Positions 48,165 through 61,600 are shown, counted from the first letter of the stretch. The stretch: 64,000 bases of DNA from Selaginella moellendorffii (GCF_000143415.4 NW_003314271.1:1260204-1324203), one strand, 5' to 3'. A program made the numbers and translations. Notes: a model not told the origin generated them from the sequence alone.

Positions 48165-51100
48165 ATTACACATGCACAATTTCTGAAAGATCGGCGTATT
48201 GGAAGTCATGCCAAACCTTATAAACTTGTGGTCCAATTTGCTGCAACACTCAATACAGTCCTTTCCACTGAGCAAGGAGCCCCTTAGATAAACCACATGC
48301 CATAAAATGGGGAAAATAGACTAATACCAAATCATTCACTTTGTACTCCACAAGTGGACGATGATGGGAGTTGTAGCGCCATTGTTGTCCCACTTGTACA
48401 CAACCTAAGTGTTCGGTAGACTCTGCTCAGACAAGTGGAAGAATGCTCATCAAATATTGATCCCACAACCTAGCATCAGCAGTTTGTGGCAATTGTGAAA
48501 GTAAACTCAGCTCCATTGGTAATATTGGATTATGACTATATAGGAATTTATATGGTGAAGCACTAATAGAACTTTGCACCTCTATAACATATGCATACCA
48601 AAAAAATAGCAAATAACCATCATAATCTGAATGCTGAAAGTTCACGTACTTCGCAATCATTTCTTTGAATATCCGAACGAGCCATTTCACCAAACCATCT
48701 GACTGTGGATGATAAACACTCATGAAAGTGTGATGTATCCCTAATCGAGACGTCAAAATATAAAATGCCTCAGCCATAAATGCAGGACCATTATCTGAAA
48801 GAATCCGCTCCAGACAAGAATACTGGAATACCACTCGATTGAGGAGGAAGTATCCAATAGCAGTTGTAGAGGTGCTAGCAAGAGCATCAACTTCCACCCA
48901 ATGAGTCAAATAATAAAAAATAATAATAACATATTCATTGTCAATAGTCAATAATGGAAAAAGTCCCAAAACGCCACCAACTTAAATAGACAGGAAATTA
49001 CAATTGACTTCAATTGTCCTTCTGTGGCACGAGAGGGAGTATTATGAGCTTGGCACCAAACACATCGACGTATATACTGAATAATATCACGTCATATCTC
49101 TGGCCAATAGAAAGACCTGCACAGCTTCTTGGTCACACAATGATGTCCCATATGCCCACCTAGAACAACAGAATCATGGTAGGCATGGAGAAACTATGGA
49201 ATAAAGATGGAAGGCACCACCAACCATAAATGATCATCAAGATCCATCCCCATAAAATAAAGAAGACTTTATTTAAAGTGATATTAAGAATGTAAATGCC
49301 AAAATAGCAAGTTATCAGCAAGTGATGCAAGATTCTCAAACTCATCTCAAAGCCTTTGAATCCATGGCTTAATCTTTTAAACTTTGTGAACTTTATCAAA
49401 AGAAGGTAAATTTTTCTTTGCATTTTGTGGACACTAAGTACAATAACTGCTGATGGTATAGAATCCTTGTCTAGAAAATTTATAGATGCTAAAACAATAG
49501 GCTTGTAAAAAATATGAGAAAAGAGTGAAAAAGGAAAAGGAGCTCAAGAAAAGGCATCAGCATTAGCTATAAAACTCCGTGGGCGATGAACAACATCAAA
49601 ATTATATATTTAAAGTTTCAAAGCCCATTAAGTAGTGCAACCAACTAGGTTCTCCGCTTCAATAATGAAGTAATGGCAATATAATCACCTTCTAGTAACG
49701 TCTGAGAATTATGTAGATATGCATGAAGTTTTTCAAAACCCTAAATTGCTGCTAAACACTCATTCTCTATTGTGGAGTAATTCACCTCTATTAGTTGTAA
49801 TGTATAGCTTATATACGCAATAGAATGGCATTAACTAGGCACACTTGGGCTCTCTTGCATCAATACACATCCAGAAGTATCCACACACAAAATGAAAGGT
49901 TGAGTGTAATTAAGATATGCCAAAACCCGAGGAGTCGTCAATAGCTCTTTGAGATCTATGAACACCCACTCACAATCCGAAAACCAGATGAAAGATGACA
50001 TTGATAACTTCAGCAATGCTTGCAATGATGCAGTGCAATCAGAAAGATGATCTATAAAATGACCAAGATACTGCACCTTGCCCAGGAAGTGCTGCATATC
50101 ATTCACACACTTCAGAGTAAGGAACTTTAGAACAGCCACAAGTTTATCAGGATCAACTTGCAAACCATCACGAGAAATACGATACCCAAGGTAAGTCGTG
50201 TCCTTGGACCCAAACACGTACTTCGACTGCTTCAACTTTAAACTAATGTCCAGTAGCTGATCTAACACTTTAAAAAAATCACAGATGTGGTCTTCCCATG
50301 TCCCCTTCGAGTGGATTAAAACATCATTAATGAAGTCAGCAGTCACTTTCGGCATGTTGATGTGTAACAATCTTGGCCTCAAACGATAGGTCAAATTCAA
50401 AGAGATTGGCATACTCCTTCATGAGCCAGTCAACTACTACAACACAAAGACTATTTGAGGGATCGAAAAAGGGAAGAGTGGAATAAGATGGAAACATAAG
50501 AGGAAGTAGTGAAGGGACAAAAGTAATAAAAGCAAAAGTAGAAGCAAAAGGATGAAGAGGTACGAAAGGGAGAGGAATGGATGAAATATAAGGAAGTATA
50601 AGATAAAGGGAAGAAGCTTTAAAGTCACACTTGGCATGATTGCGTTGCAATCAATCCATACCAAGGATGAGGTCAAAAGCATGACTCGGCACCACCTGCA
50701 ATGACTGCAACCAAAACTCACATGCACAACTAGGTCCACCTCATCCCGTGCACATGCATGTGTATAGTTGTTGTCATAAAGAATGAAAACTAACTCCACC
50801 GTACGACGCAAGTGTAGATGGCAACATATAGCAACAAGTTGAGCAATAGAAGATAAACTTAAACCTGTATCAACCAGTATGGAGAGAACAATAAGAGACT
50901 TCTTGTTATAAAAATGAGTTTGGAAAGTAAACATTGGATGAATTTATGTCAAGTGAACCCCTTGATGATACTCTCGTTACTCGCGTGACTCCTGTTTCTC
51001 AGATGCATCTTGGTGTCCAAACCTTCCATTACAGCAACACCAACAGAATGTTATTGATGCCAAGGTCTCCACCCAATAAATGGAGGCTGCCAATCTGGAA

Positions 51101-52559
51101 AATGCCGATAACGCCGATAAGTGTGACCAAGTAGTGAACATCATGGCCATAACCACGTCCTTGCCCTTGTCCTTGGACTCGAGCAGCAATAGCATCAACC
51201 TAAATTGGAACATGACCATCACATACAGGAAGTGGAGTTGAAGGACTTGCAGCAAGAAGTGGAAGAGACAATTTTTCAAAATGTTGTGCCAAGTGAAGAG
51301 CATCGTCAAGGGTGGCTAGAGCAAGTGCATACACAATTCCAACAAGATCTTGATGAAGTGCTGGGCACAACATTCCTAACTTGATTTGCTCTGACATATT
51401 TGGCTTCACACAAAGAAAGAAGCTTAAAAAATAAATGCCAAATTGCATCACAGACTTAGATGGCATTTGCAATTGTTAGAAGGCATCATCACAATCGTCA
51501 ACTTGTCCAAATGTGCATTTGAAGACGTCTGGGAGAACACTCAAATCCCCACAAGTGGCTACGCTTAAACCATTGTACTACTACAATATCATCCCTTAGA
51601 GACACGTGGGAAACTCACACAAACGTCGAGCATCATCCCAAGAATGATATATGGCAATCACCGTGAAGTGATTGAACCAATGGTACATATCATCCCCAAG
51701 ATTCTTGTGAAAAAACTCCAGCCAAACATAAGGATTGGCATAAAGAGCAAGAGGAGTTGTACCATATGCTGTGAATGCAGCCATTAACTGAGTTTAATTA
51801 TTTAATGGCAATTATATAACATCAAACAATTGCACCAACTAATACTCCAAAGTCAAAGGAGGAGGAAATTGCTAATTTGCCATGAAGATGAATGAAAAGG
51901 AAAGAACAAAAGAAGAGAAATAAAAAAAAGCTAGAAGGAAAGGGAGATCTAGATAATGCAAAAGCTAGATTTAAACCAAATCTTGAAAGGAAAGAACACA
52001 AAAAAAGGAAATAAAAAAAGCTAGATCTAGACAATACAAAAGCTAGATCTAAACCAAAATCCCAAATCCAAGCAGTCCTCAAGAATAATCAAAAGTGCCT
52101 TTCATCTCCACCAATGTGAGTGCATGGAATATGGAAAGGGAATACAGAAAATATGCATATCAATTATCCCAAAAACCCGAGTTTATATATAGGAGCGAGT
52201 GGTCTGGATTGAAACTAATTTGATGGCTACCAAAATCCCACTACGCTAATATTAGTATACGTCATTGTAGTTGTACACTTGAACCTCACAAAGAGAAATA
52301 TCTAATTAAACAATATAGTGAGAATTAGTTGAGTTTGTAGAAACTCAAAACTAATTTAGATGTAAATGCAAAGTCAAAAGACATTAATACAATCCCCTAA
52401 CTAGCAAATGTTTAATAGCACTACAACTAAGAATTTTTAACTAAAAATTTAGGTTTTAAAGATATTCCATAAGCTTATATAGATTATTGGTTTGACACTA
52501 ACTAATCTTTTAGTCTACAAAGAAAGAAAGTAATCTATTAATCAACATAATTAATAATA

Positions 52560-55500
52560 AATATTTAGTCTTCTTCTACTTCCATGTCTGGAAAAGTAGA
52601 AATGGGTATAGTGGAATATTCCTTCACTATAGGCTTGTGTTGCATGTAATGTTGTGTCATGCATTTAGCATAAATAGGTAAGTTGAATTGACTTTAGTCC
52701 ATATGATCATCCATATCACCAAGATCAAACATGTGGACTGAAACACTATGTGTGACAAATGTGGACTTAATAACATAGAAACATTTGAGAATAAATATTA
52801 TAGATTACTTCAAACACTAACATCACTTATTGCAAAATCTCCCAAGAATATCCTCAAAGGCACCTTCCTTTTAAAGTGTAAAAACAGCTCGACTTGTCTC
52901 TTTCATTGCCTGCACCATTGACCCAAATCCTCTTGTAGCATCAAGCACAATCCTCTTTGGCAGACAGAATAACTCTAACAGGATTTGCATAGCTATGACT
53001 GAACAGTGTCGATAGTCGGGGAATGCTGAATCACATTTGGGATGATGTCTGTAGAGTTGTTGTATCTTGGTCAAGAGTAGCACACTTGTTAGCTTGTATG
53101 GTTTATAGCGGTTCCCAACGTGGTATAAAGCATGGTAGTTCTAAGAATAAACTTGGAAAAAAAATAGAATAGAGTTAATATGTAAATAAAGAAATCACGC
53201 ACCTTCCACTTCTACCCACTACTGCTTTTTGTATCCACTGCCATACTTGAAAGAAGTCAACCAAATGAAAACTCTACAAATGTTGTCAGCTAAGTGTGTG
53301 AGAAGGCCTTCCCACATTAGAGTGCGGGGAAGGATCATGACAACCACACCCTTGTATGTCATGAAGCTACTTGCAACCTGTAAAGCTTAGGAATTATGTT
53401 GGGCCTATAACACATTCTATGATGGAGTATCCTATGTAGTGGTGGCATCCTATTGGGAAGATTGAAAAAGATGAAATCGATCTTCCCATAAGGCATGAGC
53501 TGACCCAAGCCATGGATCCATCGATCAAGCATATAGAACTCTTAACTAATAACATCTAAAAGTTGTGTGCAATCTCCAATGAGAACAACAACTTCCCCAA
53601 CATTGGTCATTTGGGATAGAGGGTGAACCTGAAAAACAATTATTAGAACTAGAAGTTAGAGATAAAATTCATGTTTACTAACCTATTTGTGCATAGCTGC
53701 AGAGGAGAGCTCTTCTAGGTTGTCATTTGTAGCCATAGGAGGGATGGAAAGAATGTCTTAGTCCGCTGAGAAAATTGATGGTAGCTCTCTACAACATTTA
53801 TAAAAAAAAAAGTGAAGTCAAGAATGATTAAAAAAATGTTCCAAATCAAAGTCCTTACTTTTATGAAAAGCTTCAAGACAGCCCCTTTGGGGGTTGAGAG
53901 GAGCAGATACTAGAATCTTTTGTGCTGGAATCTCTTATATAGTTTCCTTTTGTTCAATGGCATTTGGATTTGGCATCTCTTGAATGGTTTCTTGAGTGTG
54001 GATTCCTGGGTTTTGTTGTTGAACTTCAATAACGTCATCGTTACGATTAGAAAGATCCTTTGGAAAATAAGAATATAACTCAAGATTAATATTTTCTAGC
54101 TCAGTGCTGAGTTTCAAGTGAACCTGGATGACATTCGAGGTAGAGATTTAGCTCGAAGTCCAATGTCAGCATTTACTCCACAAGTTCAAGGTACCATGGG
54201 TATAGTTCCCTTTCATGTGTATAAGGATAGTAGAACTTTGGCTCATACATCCCAAGCTTCTTGCCTCTAATCAAGAGCTTTTGCAAAACATTGGCTGTGT
54301 ATATAGGTGCACTTGGGCAGTATTTTAAATATCTACAAAGTAAAATAAAAATAAAAATACCAATATATAAACAAGAATTAAGAAAATACCTATAAACCAT
54401 GTGCCTTGCAAGAAATAGTTGTCTTGGTTGGTCCTTGAACTCAACTGAGCTTGTCCCACCACAAGGAAGCTAACTATTCCCTAGCTCCGCAAGACAAGCA
54501 TGAATATATTTTTCGAGAGTGATATTTGTGTCAGTGCAAAAAAGAAACTTCTCATCCTAGAATTGCAACATCTCCTCACCAGTGGCAATACTCTAAGAAA
54601 TGTATGCCTTCTCCTTCATCACCTTTTCTATCTTTGTCTTGCAACATTTTTTGTTGTTTCGCAGCAAAGTGTTGAGAAGTTCCAAGCAAACACTTTATTC
54701 TGCAAAGGATATTTTACTTTTAGAGATGTTGTAAATGAGGTCCTCTAGTGCTTTACTAGTTCTTCCACACATAGAGACTTATGAAGTGTTTTCCAAATTT
54801 TAGAAAAACTTATGAACGCAAGAACAAATCTCGGCCATGCTATTGAACCATTTCTACCTGCATCGTATATTTGCAATTGAGAGCAACTTTTTCACATTTG
54901 TTCTCTTTATATTGAAAATTCGCTACTCAATCACATGTCCTTCTACTGCTCATCCCCTTGAGTAATTTTAAAGAATAAGGCTCTTTCTCTTTTAATTATA
55001 GGCTGCATGCAACATTATGTAAATCAATGCATACTTCAACACTAATTTACCTTTGCCTAGATAGCAACCAAAACATCAAGTGGCAACTGGTACTAAATTT
55101 GCAATTCTTGGCCTTTCTTAGCTACTAGCTTCACTCGAATTGTTTCAAATACTTCAAGATTGTACAATGTTTTGACCTCCTCTAGTGAGAACATGCTAAT
55201 AAACCAAAGGTGCTCAATATCATATACCAATGTATTAGCTTGAAACACAAAATAATTTAGCTTGCAAAAACATGATATTGACTAAGTTTACAAAAAATAA
55301 ATTCTTATATGTTGATCTTATAGTATGCCATGTTGAGCTTCACAGTGTGCTCCTAAGTCATTGGTTTGATATATATGACTAGAACACTAATATGTCATTC
55401 TTTGTCATCTCGGAACGTCTCTTGAGTGCACTTCCAAAATGCCAGCCACCTATGGTTTCCATCGATCACTTAAAAGAGCTTTCTGGTGAACTCTACAATC

Positions 55501-56300
55501 TCTACATATTGTCCTAAGAATCCATCAAATTCACAAGACTTTCACAGCTATAGAGGATCCTATTTTTGCCCAAGTTCAGTAGTCATTGGCTTTGTTCAGT
55601 TGGTTTTGAGGAAAGTTGGTGAAATGATGAAGGTACCAATTGTGCTCACAAACCCAACCTCTACAAAAGAGTTGTAGATAGCCATGTTAAGGTTGTAAAT
55701 TGAGTGCACCCAATGGCTTTGAACCAACTAACACAAAGGAACCAAAAAACGATAAGAGCCATTTTATGCAATTTTTTGTAACACTTTACTGATTATTTGT
55801 TTTTGAGCTTGGATGATTATGTCCTGAATACAATAATTCAAGATGGTGTCAGAATCATGCATACATAATCCCTCACCACTACTAGCTCCCCCCACACCAC
55901 CAACCTTAGGAGCAATAGAAGCAACTACCACCAATAGCCTCCACAATAGATCCAGATATAATGCTACTAATAACCTCCTCAGTAGGTTCATTTACTTCAA
56001 CACGAGTAGCCTCAGTAGCCAAAGGCACAACTCCCCCACCACCAGTAACTAAAGGCACAACTCCCCCAACCACTAGTAGCCGTAGCCTCAAGAGCATCAA
56101 TACCAACATCGATTTAAGTGTCCATCTTAACATCCACGTCATTGTTATATTCTTCATTATGCCTCCTTCAACATACTCAATAGAAACTTTATTAGATACT
56201 TGGGATGAATCTCCACTCAATCAGCCAAACCCATAGCGATTAAGGCGGCTACCTTTTCCTAGAAGCGGGACCATTAATGCTAAGCTTCGACACTTCCTCT
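52560..56300 (-). pseudogene. Decayed gene: ParB/Srx-like domain fused to a beta-class N6A/N4C DNA methyltransferase-like domain
   Basis: Reading through stops gives ..K*DPL*L*KSCEFD..RKLF*VIDGNHRWLAF (DGNHR at 55449-55463); KIDFIFFNLP (53455-53484); VASSFMTYKGVVVMIL; LLELFCLPKRIVLDATRGFGSMVQAMKETSRAVFTL (52871-52980). GT-AG intron at 53141-53202. Confidence 0.62.
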
Positions 56301-57859
56301 AAAATAAAAGGCAAAATACTATAATATCTAATTGTAATGTAATGCAAATTTGTAACATTATAAGTTCAAGTCCCTTGTTGGAAGTTTTAGCCAGTCAAAC
56401 TTGATTTATATCTGCTCTCACAAGAAAAGTTTGTAAATAAAAGATGTGAAAAATAGATTTCAAATTACAAGAAATGCAAAGAAAAAAAACACAAGTCATT
56501 GGAGAGGTCGGTTCAAGCAAGAATTAACCTCACCCTACCTCTTAAGGAAAAAGAAAACATAACAAGAATATAAGAGAGGTTAGTTTACATAATACTTAAC
56601 ATCTTCCACCCTCTCATTTTCATAAGAAATGCCCCATCAAGTCATTAAAATCAAGAAAAAACTTTAAAGATGTCGATTCACCCAAGAACCAACATTTCTA
56701 TCTCTCTCTATTTTCTAAAATATAGAAATCTCACTCCTAGAAACGAATAAAAACCAAGAAAGCCCATATCTAGGAAAACAAAGGTGAGGAGACATTAGTT
56801 CGCATGCAAACCGATCATTCCCACCCCTTTAACAAGGAATAAAATTGAAACAATGAAGAGATTGGTAAAAAACTAAATGAAATAAAATGCTAGGAAATGT
56901 TGGTTTGCACAAGAACTAACATCTCCATCCCTCAAGAGAAAACAAAAGTCAAAAAAAAAAAACCTCAAATAGAAAAAAGGTGAGGAGACATAGATGAGCT
57001 ATTTATTAGTGTGATTTATTTTTAATAGCAAACCATAGTTCGTATGCAAATCAACCTTCTTATGCATACCTTGATTGAGGAGTTTCTTGAAGCACATTGC
57101 AAGGTTGAAGTGCCTTTCTCCTTTCTTTTACCCTTTCCCTGCTCAAACCTTAAATATAAAACCCTAAAAATCAACAATCACAATCAATAGTCATGATCAA
57201 TGATTATGATTTTCATTCTTTTTGATGGCAATCAATAGATACAATCATTCAATGCTTTAGATATTAAGATATGTGTAATTGGTTGTGAGAAGAATAATAA
57301 TGTTGAAATGAATGGAGTTATGAGTAAGAGGCACTAGTCAATCACAAGGGTTGTAGCGTTGATTGCTTTTTCTCCCTCTCATCTCCATGCTCTTTTCCTT
57401 TCAAGAGAGTTTCATTCTTTTGTGAGAAGTGAGAGAGAGTCAACTTCGGAGAAGTTGGTTCACGCATGAAAAAATTGTGCACAATCAATTATACAATTAA
57501 TATAAGAGGCTCTTTAAGATTCTCATATCTCTCTAGATTCTAAATAGTTGTATATTTTGTTAAAATAATTAACTTGTCCTTTGCAAGGACAGAACTAATT
57601 AAAACTCACAATACAAAAGAATATTTTTGTTCTTTCTTGTTAGTTTCTCTCCAAATATTTTCCAAGTGCTCAAGTAGGGAATAGATACAAGAGAATTTTA
57701 CTTGAAGTTTGATCAAGAGCTTCCAATTGTTTTCTCCACGAGTGTTATAAGAGAGAGCTTCCTCTACAGAAGATTCAAGCTGAAGTCAAGATTAGTTAAT
57801 CTAGAGAATGTATGTTGCGATAAGGGTAACCAGATAAAAAAATCTAATCTTTTCAATAA

Positions 57860-60800
57860 TGGTATGGGAGAGAATGGGATTCAGTGGGATTTTGATAGAT
57901 GTATAAGTCAAGAGACTCTAGTTACAGGATTTCTGAAATGAGGAGAGGAGAGTGTATCAGTTTCACAACCAATTATGTAAAGAATGAATGATGAAATTGT
58001 TATTCTATCCAATGACAAAAATGAAGAAGATGAACTTCCCAACATAACTTCCTAGACAAAGAGGTGCATTCCTTTTAAACCAGTTTTTGAAGCAGTGGAT
58101 AAGGCATTTTGGTAATCTCGATCATTACAGCTGGAATTGAAGGAGTTTGAGTACATGAGAGGTGAGGAGCTTCTGTCATCCTATAATGGGAATATATTTT
58201 TTGAATTTCCACTAGAAAATTCATCAAGTAGGAAAAGGGGCATGGAGACCCATCTTGATCCACATAATTGGTGCAAGGTAAAGATGATTTATTTCTCCCA
58301 TTTCGAAGGATCTGTATCCATAGTCTATTGTGGTGGATAACATGAGTGTATCACTAAGAAATGCATTTTTGATCATGGCAAGAACATGTGTTTTTTTTTT
58401 AAGGTTTAGTGTTCAATCCCCCTAGGTATGATGAGGTTGTTATAAAGTTTAGATGTCACAAATGTAGTGCAATACCTGTATGTCGAAGATGTTGTAATGC
58501 AAGGATGTATTATTTTCTTCCATAAGATGGATGTTTAGGCAGAGCAGTAATGCATATTGGACACTATTAACACACAATACAGAAAAGAATTTGTTGTGAT
58601 TCTTTTCACAATTTAAAAGTTGTTGTTACTATAAAGGATGGGAAGAAAAGTGCCATAATTCCAAAGTGTGTTTAACAGTTTATACCAAAAGATTATGTGG
58701 TGGACATGTTGCTACAATCTGATAGCAAAAAAGAGTTCACCAAGAACAGCTTGAAGGACCTACTTCAAAATATAAAACCCGTGATAAATTTAAATAGGTA
58801 TAAGAGTAATATTTAACTTTACTTTATCATTAATAACACTCTTTTTGTTGGCAAAATAAAGAATTGGATGCAAAAAGGGTGAGATGGAAAGCTTCAATCT
58901 AGATTAGATGCAATTTTGGAGCTAAAGAGAAAATGTTCTTATGGGAGCTTGTTTATTAGCTAAGTGATTTCAAACAATCAACACCCTTTCATCTTTAAAA
59001 TGTTAACCCTTGGTCCTATTTCTAGTGTGGACCTTGTATAACAAATGGGTATGGATAAAGATGGAGACTTGGATAATTTTTGGATCAATTTTGACCACAT
59101 AGAATGAGTTTCAAGTTGGTTATGTTTATGATCATAAGTAAGTGGCTTTTCATTTTTTAAGGATTCCATACCAATTTATATTATACCCATTCCTTCTATA
59201 TATTGCAGTGCAACTTGACTATAGTTATAGCTGAATTCAAGGTTTAAAATTTCCAAACTCAGATCATCTTTTGAACATGTATGTCTAAGTTTGTTGAACA
59301 ACAAATCGGGAAGAAACCCAACTTCCGTGGTTTCAAGCAAATGTTGCTGGTGTTAATTCGTTAGTTGTGTAGCAAGTGTTTGGAGGTGATAAAAGTCAAC
59401 GGTTACAAGGTAGAAAGAAGGGTTATGAGTTTCATTGGGTAAAGAGTGTCAACAAATATTGCCGATGCATCAAGTCTAACTTCTATCACAAGTCCAAACA
59501 GCTTTGTCAGGAATGGATGGATGCACCAACTAAAAAGGAACATGAGGCAAAGGTAAATAAAATATATATATGGTGGCGTGAAGGAGACAAAATGCCAATT
59601 AAACACCTTTTATAGTTGGAATGCTAGCTTGTATGGTAGGAAGTTTGAATGTTTCAATGGGGCCATTATATTCTCCATGTAAACTTTCTCTCATTTTCTT
59701 TCTTATTGCATTCAAATGTTGCATTTTTTCTAGGATCAACCACTTGATGACATTGCATTTACAGTAACAATTAATCTCTCTAAGAGAAAATATTAGAGTT
59801 TGAGAGCTTCTAAAACAAGGAAAAGAAAAGTGTCCCTCTATAAAACTATGCTCTCCGACCTCACTAGATCTCTTGAGAAGTCATCAAAAGCTTTGGCTAC
59901 ACAAGAAACAAAGTTTGTTGATACATATCCAAATTTAGATAGGCTTCAAGAACGGGTTGGTAGAAGGACAACACCAATAGCAAGGTTAATGTCTAAAATG
60001 GTGGAGGAAGTTGTTGCTAGAACTCCTATAGAATCAAGTTATGAACCACTTAAGGATATAAAGACAACTTGTATAAAGTGTCGACAAACATTTGATGGAT
60101 CAACATCACTGCTTCTAGCTCTCACCATCCAAAGTTTGACTACCATTTTATTCCACGACACTAGAAAAAAACTAAGGAACATGGAGTGAAGGAGGTGCCA
60201 ATTGTTACACAAGTAAATTTAGTGCCAAAGGTTGAGAAGGTTATTGCTCGTGAGCTAGTTTCTCATATCAACTGGGCAATTCAAAGAGTTAGTGCCAGGA
60301 GCAATGTGTGTTGTTCCGGAATGATTAGTAGTTGACTATTATAGGATTGATGTTACTCATACAAGTTAAATCCATAATTGTAGTGCACCTGAATTTCAAG
60401 CCAAACTCTAAGTCTGTTGCACTATGAAATGAAGGTCCAGTACAATAGGAGCCAAACTAATGTTTTATGTGGTCGGACATGCATTCCAACCACTATCCCT
60501 ACTATACATTTGGAACCCCCCCTTGAGAAACACATGCTTTGGGCTTTCACCCCAAGCCTTCATTAGTAGTAGGAGTTAGTCTCTGGGACAAGCTTGAAAC
60601 TTACCAAATATGGAATGTCCCTAGATTGTGAATTTGGACATGGGATGAACACTATTGTGTTCAGGCCAAACTTTACATTCTGTAAATATGCCAAATGAGC
60701 AAATCTAGACACTTTCTATAAATAGCATTTGGAATTGAAATGAGCTGAACACAAAAGGCATGATAACGAGGGTGTTTGGCAGACATAGTAAACTATCATT

Positions 60801-61600
60801 CAGTGATATTGAAGGATTAGTCTCAATATGAGGGGGTTCTTGATACTAGCAAGTGCAAAACAATGACACGAGTTTCTCAAACCAGGCCGAGTATGCTTAG
60901 CAAGAAACACATAGGGTTTCTACCTTATGTTTATCCAATTTAAGTACAAGGTCATTGACTAGTTTCTCAATTAGCTCAAGTAGGAATGATAAAGGGAACC
61001 AACTGTACCAACCTTCTGCCGCCATAACAGTAAGAAAAGAGTGTCCATAAGGACTAGCTGACAAGTATCTTTCGATACCCAAAATCACATTTGCAACAAT
61101 AACTCAATTATTTTGAAGCCAGATTCTGTGCCAGAGGAGTGGCCAATTGAGCAAAGCTGCAATCTTTTGAAGGAAGAGATTGAAAGTCTAGAAAGAGTAA
61201 GTTTTAAGTTGAAAACTTCCTTAAATATTGATGTTGATAGTGCTATGCCACCAATGTCAACACTAGATCAGCATATATGACCAGCTAGAAATGGAAAGGT
61301 TGTACAATATAGGTCTTTCATTTCAAAAGGTGTGTAAAAGAAAATCAAACTAGTAAAGGAGTTGAAGTGCACAATCATAAAGACAAACTACATTAGTGTT
61401 GTGGCTAAGGAGTTTATTATTGTGACTGAGTCATCAAAGGGTACAAGCTACACTGTTAGAATCTGCAAAAATCCATTATATACCTATTCAGATTTTATAT
61501 AGAGAGAGAACAAGGGAAAGGTATATTTAACCTGTAAGCACATCTATTACATTTTTATGTAGGAACTAAACCAAGATCCTAAGATCAACCATCATATCCA
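57860..61600 (+). mobile_element. Decayed Mutator-like (MULE-related) transposase: GCM-like Cys/His domain, DDE core, SWIM finger
   Basis: YNGNIFFEFP..GME..DPHNWCK..C.G...C....C; CHKC..P.C...CNARMYY..RAVMHIGH; WINFDH (~59090); PNFRGF/ANVAGVN..VFGG; GYEFHWVKS (~59420); SWIM-like YTVRICKNP....DF...CKHIYYIF (61450-61555). Confidence 0.7.
60468..60785 (-). repeat. Dispersed repeat, inverted homolog of 46832-47158, inserted in the transposase region
   Basis: e.g. CCACTATCCCTACTATACATTTGGAACCCC and GCCAAATGAGCAAATCT are reverse complements of sequence in 46832-47158. Confidence 0.85.

Larger units (their letters stand above)
46357..52290 (-). mobile_element. Decayed Ty3/gypsy LTR retrotransposon with short LTRs (46357-46513 and 52115-52290)
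   Basis: Both LTRs start TGTGAGTGCA and end TCACA. The minus-strand PBS TGGTGGAGATG lies next to the 5' LTR and the PPT AAAAGAGGGGATGA next to the 3' LTR. Relics in order: gag, protease (LVDTG), RT (FINDVLIHS, YLGYRIS), RNase H, integrase (HMGH..C..C, SDNGPAF, YHPQSDG). Confidence 0.9.

Noticed and set aside
46352-52295. Target-site duplication for the gypsy element
   Set aside because: Flanks AGATA and AAGAG do not match cleanly, so no TSD is claimed.
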